From Paraspadella gotoi (Eukaryota; Animalia; Chaetognatha), in contig CM119270.1 of NCBI GenBank assembly GCA_051294375.1, positions 3,669,957-3,733,956 of the forward strand: a stretch of DNA of 64,000 bases, given 5' to 3'. The notes under the pieces were generated by a model. That model made no database searches. It saw only the letters and a program-made list of their open reading frames with translations, and was not told the origin of the DNA. Position numbers and translations under genes: made by a program. Below are positions 12,456 to 25,507 of the stretch, piece after piece (position 1 is the first letter of the stretch; each line of letters starts with the position of its first letter).

Positions 12456-14100
12456 AAAAAGCAAGGGGCAAGAGCTTAGAGCCAGAAAGAGAATACTGCA
12501 CCCAAGTTGATAATGGACATGAAAGTCAAAGACAAGAAAGAAAAAAGGAAAGAAAGATCAAGAAAGAGTAAAGAAAGATAAAAGAGAGAGAGAGAGGAGC
12601 ACAGAGACATCGAGACCTTGTGCGTAACAGGAACACCTCCTCAACTCCGAATTGATTCTTCTCCTATCTCTCACAAAATTTTCAACATCTCTCTCATCCG
12701 TGACACAGCTACTCTCGTATCTATACGACTCTCTCGGCCGCGTCACCTCACCCATATTTGATCGTGATCGCACCGCACTCATCTCACTGAAACCCAATCA
12801 CTCTTTCAGTTCACCTCACCATATTTCTCTTAGAAAACTATGATCTCTTCCCATCGCCATAAGTATCTTTCTGAGAAAAATCTTTAAATCTACTGATGGC
12901 GATCCCCAGTTTGGGCGTGGCGATGAAAACAGGAAGTTGGGGGGGAGCGGCGAAGGGAAGGGTGGCTGGTTAGTTACGCTTAAGTGTATATATGCAATAA
13001 CAGGCAATCCAGGAAATTTACATCCGAGATTTTCGTGATAACATTTTTTGAAAAAAGTGAGAATAACTAGGTAGGAGAGAGTAGTTAAGACGTTTATTTT
13101 GGAAGGGTAGCTAAAATCTGGAGGAGAAAAGAAGATTTCAGGCGACATATTGGAAAATTAAAGGGACAATTATATCAATGTGAGAGAGTATAGTAAAAGA
13201 TAGTAAGAAAGCCAGAACAAAAGACAAGAACAATGAAGATAGTATCAGAGCACCAAGAGAAGAAACGAAAGTAAAGAAACAGAATTAAAAAGATGAAGGA
13301 AGAAACTTAACTGAAAAACGATTTATATAATTTAAATATATTCTACATAGCATAATTATCTGATATTGTGATTTACTATCTAAATTATATTAGTACTAAA
13401 TATTTCATGAACGGATTATATAAGATGTGATCTCTATAATACTCTCTTGATCACATAAACATTTTATATTACGGGACATCACTATGTCTATCTGAGAATT
13501 GTAATAATGTAATTAAGACTCAACTATACAGTTTAAATTACGTCTATAAAAATAATCATTAATCGAGAGGTGTTATAGATTTGTAGGAGAAAGTCTCAGG
13601 CCATAAACCCTGATTGAGACTACAGTATAGAGGATACGAAAAGATAAAACAAATTTTATAATATATAACCAGTTCCCTTCTCTTCTCATCATTGAGTTAC
13701 TTTTTTTTCTTTTCAGCCTCAATTAAATATTAAAAATTAATATTATATATATACCTAATACACAGTTATTATGCTTATCAGTTGTTGCAACGTCAACGCT
13801 CTTTGTTTTTACTTCTCCTCTGCACACTTATTGTATTAATTTTCATATTTTAAAAGTCAGTCACTCACTATATATTATTCAGCTACATATATTTTACTTT
13901 GAGTTTACACAATTATTAAACATTAAAAACGCCACTATTTTAAAGTTTTGCTTTATTATATGGTTGCATATTTAATTTTTATTTTGTTATTTTAAAAAAG
14001 ATATATTAAACTCAAAAGACCACTTCAACTTCTATTAACTAATTCTTTTTATTATTTTCTTATTGACATAAGTAACAATAAAACTAAGTCAATTTACTAA
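5950..14100. repeat. Block B/C, noisy copy of ~33800-39900
   Basis: Shared anchors: 6722 (cctcatttggaggtcat) vs 34327; 7555 (gtcccagtacaatattctg) vs 35040; 12900 (ccagtttgggcgtggcgatgaaaacag) vs 38936; 13921 (cattaaaaacgccactattttaaag) vs 39767. Confidence 0.85.
8490..11560. repeat. ~3 kb (TGGAGG/TGGAGA)n hexamer simple-repeat tract
   Basis: Continuous ggaggt/ggagat units, cleanest at 9230-9960. Source of the spurious His-Leu, Ser-Thr and Glu-Val/Met ORFs. Confidence 0.95.
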
Positions 14101-15079
14101 AAGTCATTCAATGCATGACAAAATTGTAAAGGAAGAGAAATTGGATATAAGATAAGAGCGATATTATTATGTATATGAAGGACAGTAATTAAGAAAAAAG
14201 ATAAAATAATAAGAGTAGTATGGGAGCACNNNNNNNNNNNNNNNNNNNNNNNNNTTGTTTTTCAAATTCAAATTCAATTCTCTCTCTCTCTCTCGCTCTC
14301 GCTCTCGCTCTCTCGTTTTTTTTCTCTCTTTTTTTTTGTAACGTAATATTTTTCATCTTCTGATTCACTGTCGTTTTGAGTTTAATCAATAAACCATTAA
14401 ATCAACAAATAAAAGTTATAATCAAACACCTGCGTACAAATATTTAATCATTTTAATGCAATCGATGGTTTCCACTTTTAGGTCAGAAATTACCAAATCA
14501 TCGCGTTTATTTCATCTTGGCCTTCGGTTTTGGTTGCTCGCATCCGAACACAAAAATCGCCTCGGTTATTCCGATTGTTAGATCGATTCCAGAGAGAGTG
14601 AGGGGAGAGAGAGAGGAGAAGAGAGAGAGGAGAGAGGAGAGAGGGAGAGAGGGAGAGAGAGAGTAGAGAGAGCGGAGGAGAAGAAGAGAGAGAGAAGAGT
14701 AAGACGGGGTTTTGCTAGCGTACATCCTTGGATAATGAAAATAAAATTCTTCAATTAATGTAATAATATCATTGGCAATAAATAATTTACTTTATTAATA
14801 AGGTTAATCGATTATCTCTTTTCTTTGTTTTTTTTTGGGATGGAAAACATACCTGAATACAGCCGAAAATGCTGTTTTTGTTTATGTAGATGGGAAGTGG
14901 GGAGGAGAGAGAGAGATGAATTTTTTTAAAAACGTGAAAAAAATTGACACATAGTCTCTTTTCTTTGGATTATTGAATTAAAATTCGGAGAACAGACGCT
15001 TTTTAAATTATTTAATTACATCATTTAACTTGAATTCTGAATTTTCAAGAAATATGTTTCTTTTGATCAAGGTAGTAGT

Positions 15080-18000
15080 TTTCAGTTAAGGTCCAAAAGG
15101 AGGCCCGCATCTTTATTAGAATCAAGAAAAGAAAAACAAAGGCGATTCCGGATTTGGAATACGTTCATCTGAAACACATCACAATAAAGATATATACAAA
15201 AAAGTAATTTTAAAATTGATGCTTTATTATATCGGGATATAAAATTCCTAATCCCATCATCAATCAAACTTCATATCAACTTCTCCTAATGAAGAGAGAG
15301 TGGAATAGGAATTTGTGCGGATTAATAAAATTCATTAGATAATAGCGGTCAATATTTAACAGACTGTTACACAGCCAGGGATTGGAAACCCGTAAATCAC
15401 TTTGGAAGAGAGGATGGAATTACCGTCGCTAAGCACTGATCAACGGCAAAATTATATATATTCAAAGAAAATATTATATAGTTATAAAGTTTATAAAATT
15501 CCATTTTCCGGTTGACAAGCGCGATAAGTGTTTAAATTTTTTTTCCATAATGGAGATGTTTACAAAATTAAGATACGTACACAGGGTTATATTGAAAAAG
15601 GTTATATTTCTCTATTTCCCATTTAATAATCTATTATCTTTAGAGAGAAAGGAGAGAGAGAGAGAGGAGAGAGAGATGGTATTTCTGGGATTCCATTAAA
15701 TAAATGAAGATTTTTTGACCCTTTTTGACTTCACAAAGTTTGTGGTCATAAAATACCAAGGAAAGGCTCATCTACTCTCTCTCTCTCTCATCGCGCGCGC
15801 GCGTCTCATCTCTCTCTCTCTCGCGCCTATCTCTCTCTCTCAAGTCGGGCTTCCTCTGACTTCAGGAGGGCGCATAGATTTTCTATCTTTAACTCACATT
15901 TATCCACCAATTTTTTACGTTCAGAGGGCGACGTCCACGGGAAGACGGGGTCGTCGTCCGCGAGTGGTTCGTCGTCGAATCGTCGTCGTCGTCGTCGTCG
16001 TCGGTTTCCTAACGTAAAAATCATTGCCCATAGTGAATCCTTGGAAAAAGATTTATAGGCGACTTCTGTGGATCTGACGGTTGGAACTCTAAGATTATTA
16101 TCCATTGCCTTCTCGAGTTCAAATCTGGTCGAGAAATCAAAAAGCTTGATATTTAAAATTAAGGCTTTTACATAAGTTGTATTTACCATAAAGGTTTGTT
16201 CCTTTGAGCTTTTATTCCTAAAAAACCATAAAAATAATATTTATTAACCTAAAATAGCCTTATGTTTACTCTATAAATAGACCTCCAATACATAAAGGCC
16301 AAACCTAAAGGAACCCCAATTAAATGTATAATTTTTTCCATCCTAGTCAAGCATCCCATCTCGACCCAAGTGCCCCACTAAGCAGGCACCACCAATCATG
16401 GGTCCTGCTTTTGTTCCATTTCCTTGGAGCAAGCGCGAAAAGAAGAAAATCTCCGACTTTTTCACTGAAAAAAAGAGGAAATCGGTAAAAAACGTCAGTC
16501 GGATTATATCGAAGGGGAGACTGAAGTCCACCTTCCTCTCTCCTGTCTCTCATCCTCCTCTCTCTCTCTCTCTCTCGACTTCGTCCTCTCCTCTCTCTCC
16601 TGTTGTGTGTCTCACTATATGGTCTGTCTCTACTATCTCTCTGAGCTCCGCTTTTATTATATTTTTATTTATATATATTTAATTTTATTTATTTATTTAT
16701 TTATATTATTTATTTATTTATTATTATTTATAATTATTTATTTATTTATTTATTTATTATTTACTTATTTATTTATTTCTATTTATTATTATTTATTTAT
16801 TTATTTTATTTATTAGATTTTTTGATTATTACTCCGTGTCAGTCGAGCGAATGACACCGAAAAAAAATAGTTACTATATTTTAAATATTTAATAAATATA
16901 ATTTATAAGTTATGAGTCATAAGAAAATGCAGAACTTTCCATAGTTTTTTTGTTATGGTTTTCATTCGTATTTTATTAATGTATAATAAATTCTTTGTTT
17001 AATTTTTTTAATCCTTACACAAGGTATAAATTGGGGCGGAAAAAAAACCATTTTAGGCCCTGTTCTTGATTGAAATTTTAAAAAAATTGCACATCATAAG
17101 ATCCGATATTATTGTTATCAATGGCGTATCTAATCGGTTAAATGTTGAGTAATTTTAGTAATAATTTTTATTTATTTTTAAATTGTAAACCTAAGTAGGG
17201 TCATACTAGAGAAATCGGGGGGTAAATCTTATAACAAATCATACCCTATGTCCGTTCCCCTGGAGAGTGGACACCTGAAAAAAAACAAAATTGGGCGGAT
17301 ACCATTTAATATTTTTATATATAATTATTTTTATAACTTCTTTTCTCAAATCTATAGTAAGTACTGGGATGTTTATTATATATTATTCTTTATAAGATTA
17401 ATAATTGGATAGTTCTTATGTAAAACAAACTTTCTTTAATGGTCATCCAATTTCTGTTTTCTGGTAAAAAACTAATTAAAAAAAAAAATCCATTTATAAA
17501 TTAAATTACTCCATTAATTACTTGAAATTATTAAAAAATATATTTGCACCATTAAATTATGGAATATCTGGGAATCCTTACATATAAAAAATAATTCCAA
17601 GAGCAGCGCGCGAGAGAATATGCTCATGACAGCATTTTTTTTTAAATTTGGGCAAATTGGAGAGAGAGAAAACTTAAGTTTTGCCCAAATAAAAAAAGTT
17701 AAAATAAAAAAATCTTTACCTCAGAAATTAACTTAATACTTACGTATATTATTCAAAAACGCCCATGATGTAGGACAATTAATAGGAATTTATGTTTTAA
17801 AAATTCAATCAAAAACAAGTATAAAAATAGTTTTCTTTTTCGGAGATTTACTAGTGGTTAGATAAAAAAATTAACTAACGGATATACTTTTAAATTATAT
17901 TTATAATATTTAAAAGTATAGTAAATATAGTTGTATGAGAGTTTCTAAAATTAAACCCATTTAAGCGAGATCCACTTGCCCTGAGTATATGATGAACTAA

Positions 18001-18110
18001 CTTTCCCTCTCAGAGTTTTTGATATAACAAACACTCCTCTCTCCTAATAGCCACACATATCAACACCTCCCTCCCACGCTAGTGTTTTTTAACATCGCCC
18101 ATGCCACACA
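15080..18110 (-). CDS. Multi-exon MFS transporter (SLC18/DHA1-like), heavily frameshifted, probably by read error; outer boundaries approximate
   Basis: Minus-strand pieces occur in the expected order. An exon ends ...F-L-R at donor CTGAG|GTAAAG (17720). Exon 17274-17191 follows a strong ttttgttttttttcag acceptor and contains L-Q-G-N-G (TM4 R-x-LQG-x-G). The exon from 16422 (pyrimidine-rich acceptor) reads A-G-P-M-I-G-G-A-C-L-V-G-H-L-G (TM5 GP-x-x-GG motif, 16388-16405). Further pieces: VAYKSFSKDSLWAMIFTL (~16070-16010) and EPFLGI (~15770-15750). Confidence 0.55.
16650..16820. repeat. (ATTT/ATT)n microsatellite, intronic
   Basis: Direct inspection. Confidence 0.95.
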
Positions 18111-18429
18111 GAAAGTTTCCACCCTTCTAAGTTAATGTGTGTTGAAATTTCAAAAATCTTCGTTTCTACGGATCGCCTAATGTTTTTCTGAGACAAACGA
18201 AACTTTCACTCTCAAAAAAATCAACGATAAACGAGGAACTCTTATTTTTCTCTCTCTTTCACTCTACTCTCTCTCCCGTCTCTCCTCATTCTCTCGCGCG
18301 TCTCCAATCTCTTCTCATCTCTCTCTCTCCTCTTTTCTTCTCTCTCTCGTCTCTACTCTCTCACTGAGAGAAACTTTTTCGTTAGTAATCTTAATTTACG
18401 AGTTGTGAAATATCGTATTTGCCCAGCAG

Positions 18430-18860
18430 TGTCACCCCCTTCTTTATGTCACAATGTAAAAATGTCAACTGCTTGATTCATCTATAAAATTGTCACCGCT
18501 TGGATGTCATCTAAAAATTCACCTTGATGTCATCTTAAAAAAAATGTCACCTCTTGATGTCAATCTAAAATGTCACGCCTTATGACATCTGAATTGTCAC
18601 CGCATTGATGAACATCTAATCAGTGGCCATTATGTCCAAGCTAAAATGTCACCCCGCATTTATTCAATCTAAAACAATTTGCGCCCTTATGTCATCTAAA
18701 GTCACCTACTGATGGACAAATGAAATGTCACCCAGATTATGACATCTAGATTTTTCCAACTAAAAATGTCCCTGTGAATGTCATCTAAAAGTCACCTTTA
18801 TTTCAAACTAAATGTTACCACTCTATGTGATCCAAAATGTCATCTCTGATGACATCTAAG
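18430..18860. repeat. Minisatellite, unit ~27 bp (aaaatgtcacccc-tt-gatgtcatcta)
   Basis: aatgtcac and gatgtcatct/gacatcta recur at ~27-bp spacing. Confidence 0.85.
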
Positions 18861-19894
18861 TTTTCAGTTTCATCATTTCTCCAATTTTTATCTAAGGTAA
18901 ATCATTTTTACTTTGGACGAATTGGGCTATTCTTCGGCGATGTGTGAGTACATGAATTTTAATCCACCGTTAAAATGAGGCTTGAAATATAAGATTATTA
19001 AATTTTTGCGAGCGTAAAAATGGATTCACGTCATTTTCGTGCGTGCGACTTTAGAAAAAACCCGTTAAGATTCGTCGTGTCGTCAATCATCCGTCTCGTT
19101 TTCGTCGTCGTCGTCGTGTCGTCAAAGTTCTCGGTCGGCGCGGTCATCCCTTTCATCGTCGGACATCACTGCGCGCTCCTCCTCCTTGCCTCCACTCTTC
19201 ATTTCCTCCTCATTCGATCGTCGTCGGTTGTCGTCCGACGACCGGCCGGGCGGCCGCGAAAATAAAGGGAAAGGGATAAGGAAAGCAATTCTCTTCTCTA
19301 ATCTCTCCTCAATCATCTCTCTCGTCGTTTCCTCTCTCTCTTCATCATCTTCTCTCTCTCTCCTCTCTCTCCTCCAATCCTTTCCGACGTCAATCTCAAC
19401 AGTTTGTTTTCGTTCGCAGGAGAGAATCGGAATTTCTTATTTATTTTTTCCTCCCATCGAGTATAGAGATTTTATGTCTACATTAGAGAGAGCGGCCCTG
19501 GATTATAAAACATGACTTTTTTATACGAGAACACTTTTCCAAAATTTACAATCTTTGAGAGAGAGCGAATAAAGTTTTTATTATTTTCGCCATGTATCTC
19601 TTTCTGATCTCTGTATAAAATTAAACCTTAGATATTTAATTTAAGTATTTTTTTTTACTAATAAAGAGCTAATCTTAACCACTCATTCATAACCTTCGGT
19701 CCAAAAGCCGCGATATTTCGCTACACCTAACACTTAATCAGAGTTAAATCCTTAATTTTTAAACTTAACCTTATGTCAACCTAAGCACCTCACCTTTTTT
19801 TTAACCTGACCTCGTCTTTTAACTCCTTAACCATGACCACCTCTGTTTTTGTCTCTCTTCACCGAAACTTATCTTTCTCTTTAGCCGAGTCCTC

Positions 19895-20780
19895 TATGCA
19901 GATAAATTTAACCCTCTTCTATTAAGCGAATTGAGAGCGAGCGTCTTGGGTATTATTATTAAATCTACTCTCTCTTTTCGTGATTATTCTCACTTCCTAA
20001 AAATTCAGAAAAATCTTCATATCTGTATTAAAGATTAATATTGCAACCTCTCTATTACAAAATTAATCTCACCTTCTCTGATATTCACGGGATAGAGAGA
20101 AACTCTCCCTATTCTGATAAATATAACCCTCTTGCTATTTCAGATTAATCTCTCCTATTCCAGATAAAGCGCGAGCCATCCTGTATATACAGATTTAAGT
20201 CACCTCGTCCTATTCACAAATAAACACAGCGAGCGCCCTCTCTATTCAATTAAGAGCGGACGTCCTCTAAATTCAGATTAATCGAGACCTCCCTCTATCA
20301 GATTAATCTCAAAACTCTCTTCTATTTCAGATTAATCTCACCTCTCCTATTCAGATTAAATCTCACTGTCTCCTAATTCAGATAAATATAACCTCCTCCT
20401 ATTCAGGATAAAAATATAGACTCTCTTCTGATTCAGAATAGTATCTCGTCTAATTCACCAATAGAATCTCACATCTGTATTCAAGATAAATCTACCTCTG
20501 CGAGTCCCGATTCATGCGCGAGAGGACCGATCTCACCATCTTAATAGTTCATATTAAATCACCTCTCTATGTACGGATTAATCCTCACCTCCTCCTAAAT
20601 TCAGGATAATATAATCACACGTCTCTATTCCCCAGATATAATCTCAACCTCTTTATTCAAATTAAATCTACACTTTCCTATTTCAGGATTAAAGTTTACC
20701 GTCTCTAATTCGAGATTAAGTCTCAGCCGCGATTCAGATTAAATCTCACTTTCTCTATTCCAGATCAAATCTGACCTCGC
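19895..20780. repeat. Minisatellite, unit ~24 bp (tattcagattaatctcacctctcc)
   Basis: Unit clear at 20320-20400; noisy copies on both sides. Confidence 0.85.
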
Positions 20781-22014
20781 AACTTTGTTCTTTGGAAAAT
20801 GAGTCGATAAAAGTATATTGAATTTGATTGAGTCGAACAGAAAAAAATCAAGGAATAAATTCACATAGGAATTCTAACCTGTCACGAGGAGAGAGAGAGA
20901 GAGAGAGGAGAGAGTAGCGATGCAGAGAAGAGAGAAGAGGAGAAGAGAAGAAGAGAGGAAAGAGAGCGTGAGTGGTAGGTAAGTAAACGAGAGTTGAGCG
21001 CTTTTCCCGAGCGTACCAATCGAAAAAAGTTTGTCACGAAAACTTATTATTTTGTTATCTTTTGTTTTAAGAACCAAATAGATTCTATAAGGTTTTTTAG
21101 GTGTTATCGGATCTTCGTCATAGCGACTTTGGTCATCAAAAATCATATCGAATTATTTTTCTCATCTTTGTCCAGTTTTCATCGGGGTCATCAATCGTCA
21201 CAAAGAGGACATTTCATGTCGAAGGGGAGGGTCATAATGTGACTTAGGATCATGATTCATCTTTAAGCCCAGAATTTGTCGGCGAATTTCACGCGAAACA
21301 ATTGTCTGAATTTAAATCAAAAGCAAACCAAACAAAAAAAACTAAATTAAACCTAACAAAAAGAACAAAGAAAATACAAAAATGTTAGTAGAACCTTCGA
21401 GTCGGTATTTGAGTTCGTTGCACAAATCGAACATCGTTCCGGCCGCGGAGAAAGAGGAGAGCGATGCAAAGACCATTGGAAGGGTCACGCTCGACAGTCA
21501 ATTGGGAATTGGGCGTCGAATGAAACAGCGAAGCTAGACTGTGTCGGCCCAGAGAAGAAACGCCTGCGGGATCGATTAAAAGAACAAATAAAGAAACAGG
21601 GAATTGTTCCTGTAAAACGTCAGTTCAGCGGTCAAAAGCGGAAAAAAAGGAGAAAATCGCAAAACGAGCGAGTCTTACGGCGAAAATGGAAAATCGAAAG
21701 GATTTCCATGATGCAGCAGGACGCCCTCATTTAGCGCCCCAACGAAAGAAAATCCCTTTGCGCGGAAACGAAAAGATGGGCGTCACAATGACGTCTCGAA
21801 GTGACGCTTTGCCATTTTTCCGATCTTCCTCCTCTGCCATTAACCTTTAACCCGCACCCCTTCCCCCTCCTCGTCCTTTCCTCCCTCATTTCTTCTTTTT
21901 TGCCCAACAAAAATTCCGTCAATTTTTGTTTATTTATGTAATTGTGTCCATCGGGGGAAAAAGTGGAAAAGTCTTCCGCCTCGAACTGTAGGGGTCACCG
22001 AATCGATATGTGAT

Positions 22015-22180
22015 GTGTGAGGAAAATTGTGGGCAATGAGAATAGGGAAATGTGGCAATGTGTGAAGTGGTGGGGTAAATGTGGGGGAAATGTGGGCAGT
22101 GTGGGAAAGTACTGGGAAGAGTCCTTGGGGTAATGGCATTGGGTGGTAAATGTGGGCATTGTGGACAATGTGGGCCAATA
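22015..22180. repeat. 10-bp tandem repeat (tgtgggcaa-t/g)
   Basis: Repeated gtgggcaatg / gtgggggaaa / gtgggcattg; related short tract at ~22880-22945. Confidence 0.8.
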
Positions 22181-23494
22181 GAGTGGAGCACTCAAGAACA
22201 AAAAAAATTTATTTGAATGAATCGATAAAAAACCAAAAAATGGGGAAAAAATATTTAGATGTGAGATAGTGGTATGATTAGACTATACAAAAAATATTTT
22301 GGGCCTATATTATCTCCGGGAACAGAAGAATAGTAACATGATAAATATATTGTAGTAATATCCTAATAAAATAGTAAATTTTAAAAAATAATTTTGACAT
22401 AAAACTTAATAAAGAGTCAGGATTCCTCCAATAAAAATTTGAATCCAAAAATTATAAAAACATGTAGCCAAATTCTGTCAAATCCTTCAATGTTTAAAAA
22501 AATAAGAGAGAGAGAGGTGAAGAACATTTATTGACTTTTTGAAGCGCGCGAGAGAGAAACATTATATATGGTTAAGATGTTTTAGTCATTTTTTGTGATC
22601 TAAACATAAAATATCATATAAACACATATTTTAATAAAAGTTCTATAGTTTTTACAGCAAATCCAAATCCAAGTTTCTTAAAAAACAGAGTTGTATTTGA
22701 AGCGCGATTTATAAGGATATTACTACAACGAGGAGAGAGAGAGTGAGCATACCTGTTATGCTAAAAAAATGTTTTTAAAAGGAATTAAAGATTCATTAAT
22801 TATATGTCCAAGAGGCAGCAAAAAAATTAATGTTCAATATCACATCAATCTTTTTCCATCACTCCACCCTAGTGGAGGCAGAGTGGGCCATTGTGGCAAT
22901 GTAGACAATGGTGGAACTAATGTGGAAAATGTTGGAAGTAGTGGTTAATTCAAGTGATCAAAGAATCAAATTGTGTGTAGTCGCCAAAAAGTTGGTAAAT
23001 TTTGTTAAAAACTGTTATCTTTATATCCGTATTCGACCATCAGTTAACATACAATCTACAACTGAAACCTTAATTGCGAGAAAAGTTTTTAGTTTCATGA
23101 ACATTTTGGTATGATCGCCTCAACTTTTCAAGTTTAAAAACAGAGCTTAAGAGTAGGCTTAATATTAAAAATGATAGATAAATTTAAAATGTTTTGTTGG
23201 TTTGATAGCGCACTTAAATAAGATTATGAAACAGATATCATGAGATAAAATCAGAAATTTATTTTTCTTAATAAATCACGAGAGGTATAATTCAATTTTT
23301 TATGAGCTATAAGTGACATTTATACTTCATAAAAATTGAGGCTCAATAAGAGTATACAGTATTGGAATATTTAAATTTAAATCGAAAAACTAATCAATTT
23401 AATTATGATTTAAAAGTAAAATTCATACATAAAGTGAGAGAGTTGATATCATTTGTTAATTCTAAAGAAATAAGTTCTTGATGAGAAAATAAAC

Positions 23495-23533
<39 letters not shown>

Positions 23534-24195
23534 TGAGAGAGAAGAGAAAGAGAAGAGAGAGAGAAGAGAAAATAATCTTTGGTATCGGTATTACGGTGGA
23601 CACAAAATGAAAAGAGAGATGGGTTGGTGTGAGTAAAACAAAAAGAGAACAACCTTGGGTTCTCCATCATTCTTTTTAATTGATAGTTAAGCGTGCAGGT
23701 ACGGAACTCTAACAAAACAGAATACTTTATCTTTTTGTTATGCATTACTCCTCTAGCGCATTAACACCCAGGACGTTTATTGTAAATTTATTTACAATTG
23801 AGAGTTTCTAATTTATCCGTATTTATTAATATATTCATAATTAAAGCTCGTGTTAATGGGGTAAAAGGAAAATAGGAAATCTTTTGTATTTTTAAAGTGA
23901 AGAATATTTAAAAGGGATTTATTTATAAATACAACGAAATTAGCCTTTTTAACNNNNNNNNNNNNNNNNNNNNNNNNNCAACTTTAACACAAATCTATTT
24001 TATACTAGTTAAGTTGATTATAGTGCAGTGATAGCCAATAAAAAAATTAAACCTTGAAATCGGACGAAACCGGTTGAGCGAATGGACGTACGGATTTCGG
24101 ACGGACCGGACCACCCAATTCGGGACTATTTCGTTCCATACCTCATCATTCATCCTAATCTTCATCCTAATCTTCAATCTTCATCTTCTTCCTAA

Positions 24196-25459
24196 TCCAT
24201 GGATATTATTTGAATTTCCCAATGTTTTTCTCTCTTAATATATTTCTTTTCCATTTTTTTTTCCTGGAAAAAAGCAAACAAACTCATTTCTTCTTCTCTC
24301 CCCCAGAAATTTGTAATTTTTCCCTTATTTCTTTATATCGTTTCTATTTGTGACGCGGATTTTTTTCCGGAAAGAGTCGCCCAATTTCAGGTTGAATTAT
24401 GATTAATTAAAAAATTATATTTATTTTATTTTTAATATCAATTAATTTTAATACATAAACCACGATATTTTGGATGTATATCGTATACGTAATGCTATAC
24501 AGGGCCAAAGTTTCTCTCTTAGGTTTAAATCAATTTACAAAGAAACAGAGTTTTTTTATTTATTCTATATTTTTCTTACAGCATTATTATCATTTCTATT
24601 GATGAGCTTTTACACTATTAATTTAAATAAGATTAAGTTAGGGTTAAAAGAATCATCAGGTTGTGTTGTGATAACGTTCACATCACACTGTCTTTGATTA
24701 AGGATTAACTGTTCTTGGCATGACCTCTTTATACTACATAAATTACTCGGTAAGAAATTTATATTAATTTTTTGGGTTCTGAAATTAAGTTCAGGGATGG
24801 GAACACGAAATGGGGCGCCATTCGGAAAATAGTGCCCTATTTTCTTTTCTTCTACTACATGTTTTCTCTCTTTTTTTTTTTTTCTCTCTCATGAATCCCT
24901 TTTTTCCCTTTTTTTCTTCCTTTTTTCCGTTGAAATTTTCATTCATTCGGTTTGCTGATTAAATTTTCTCATCCGCGATTTAAACCTTGATCTCTTCGAG
25001 TATAAACAATGGATTTCCACTCAATTGCGATTATATAACTCTTTTTTGTTTTAATTGTATATGTTTATTAAAAATTCTACAAAACAAGACATAAAAATAT
25101 ATAATAATCGTATAATCCCTGGAGGAATGGGTGCTGCTTAAGCGAACACAGAGAGAGAGAGAGTAGAGAGAGAGAGAGAGACGCGAGAGTAGATGAGAAG
25201 AGAGAGAGAAGAGATGAGAAGAAGAGAGAGAGGAGAGAGAGAGAGAGAGATCGTAGGAATCAAATCAATGAATCGAATTCCTTCTCAAAAGGACTGAGAA
25301 AGAACCTTATTCTAATAAGACAGGAAGTTTTTCGCTTCTGGCAAAGATCTTTGATTTTTTTTCGTCTGGAGCGAAATTAGAAAATAGACGAGAGCGAATT
25401 TTTTTAACGGTGAGATGGGTAGGTTTTAGGGTGAAAGGGGGCTTCTTGTCTCTGGTCTG

Positions 25460-25507
<48 letters not shown>

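Noticed and set aside
21090-21200. Cullin-like N-terminal helix (ENWTKMRKII)
   Set aside because: Similarity rests on a few residues and requires assumed frameshifts; not enough to name a gene.
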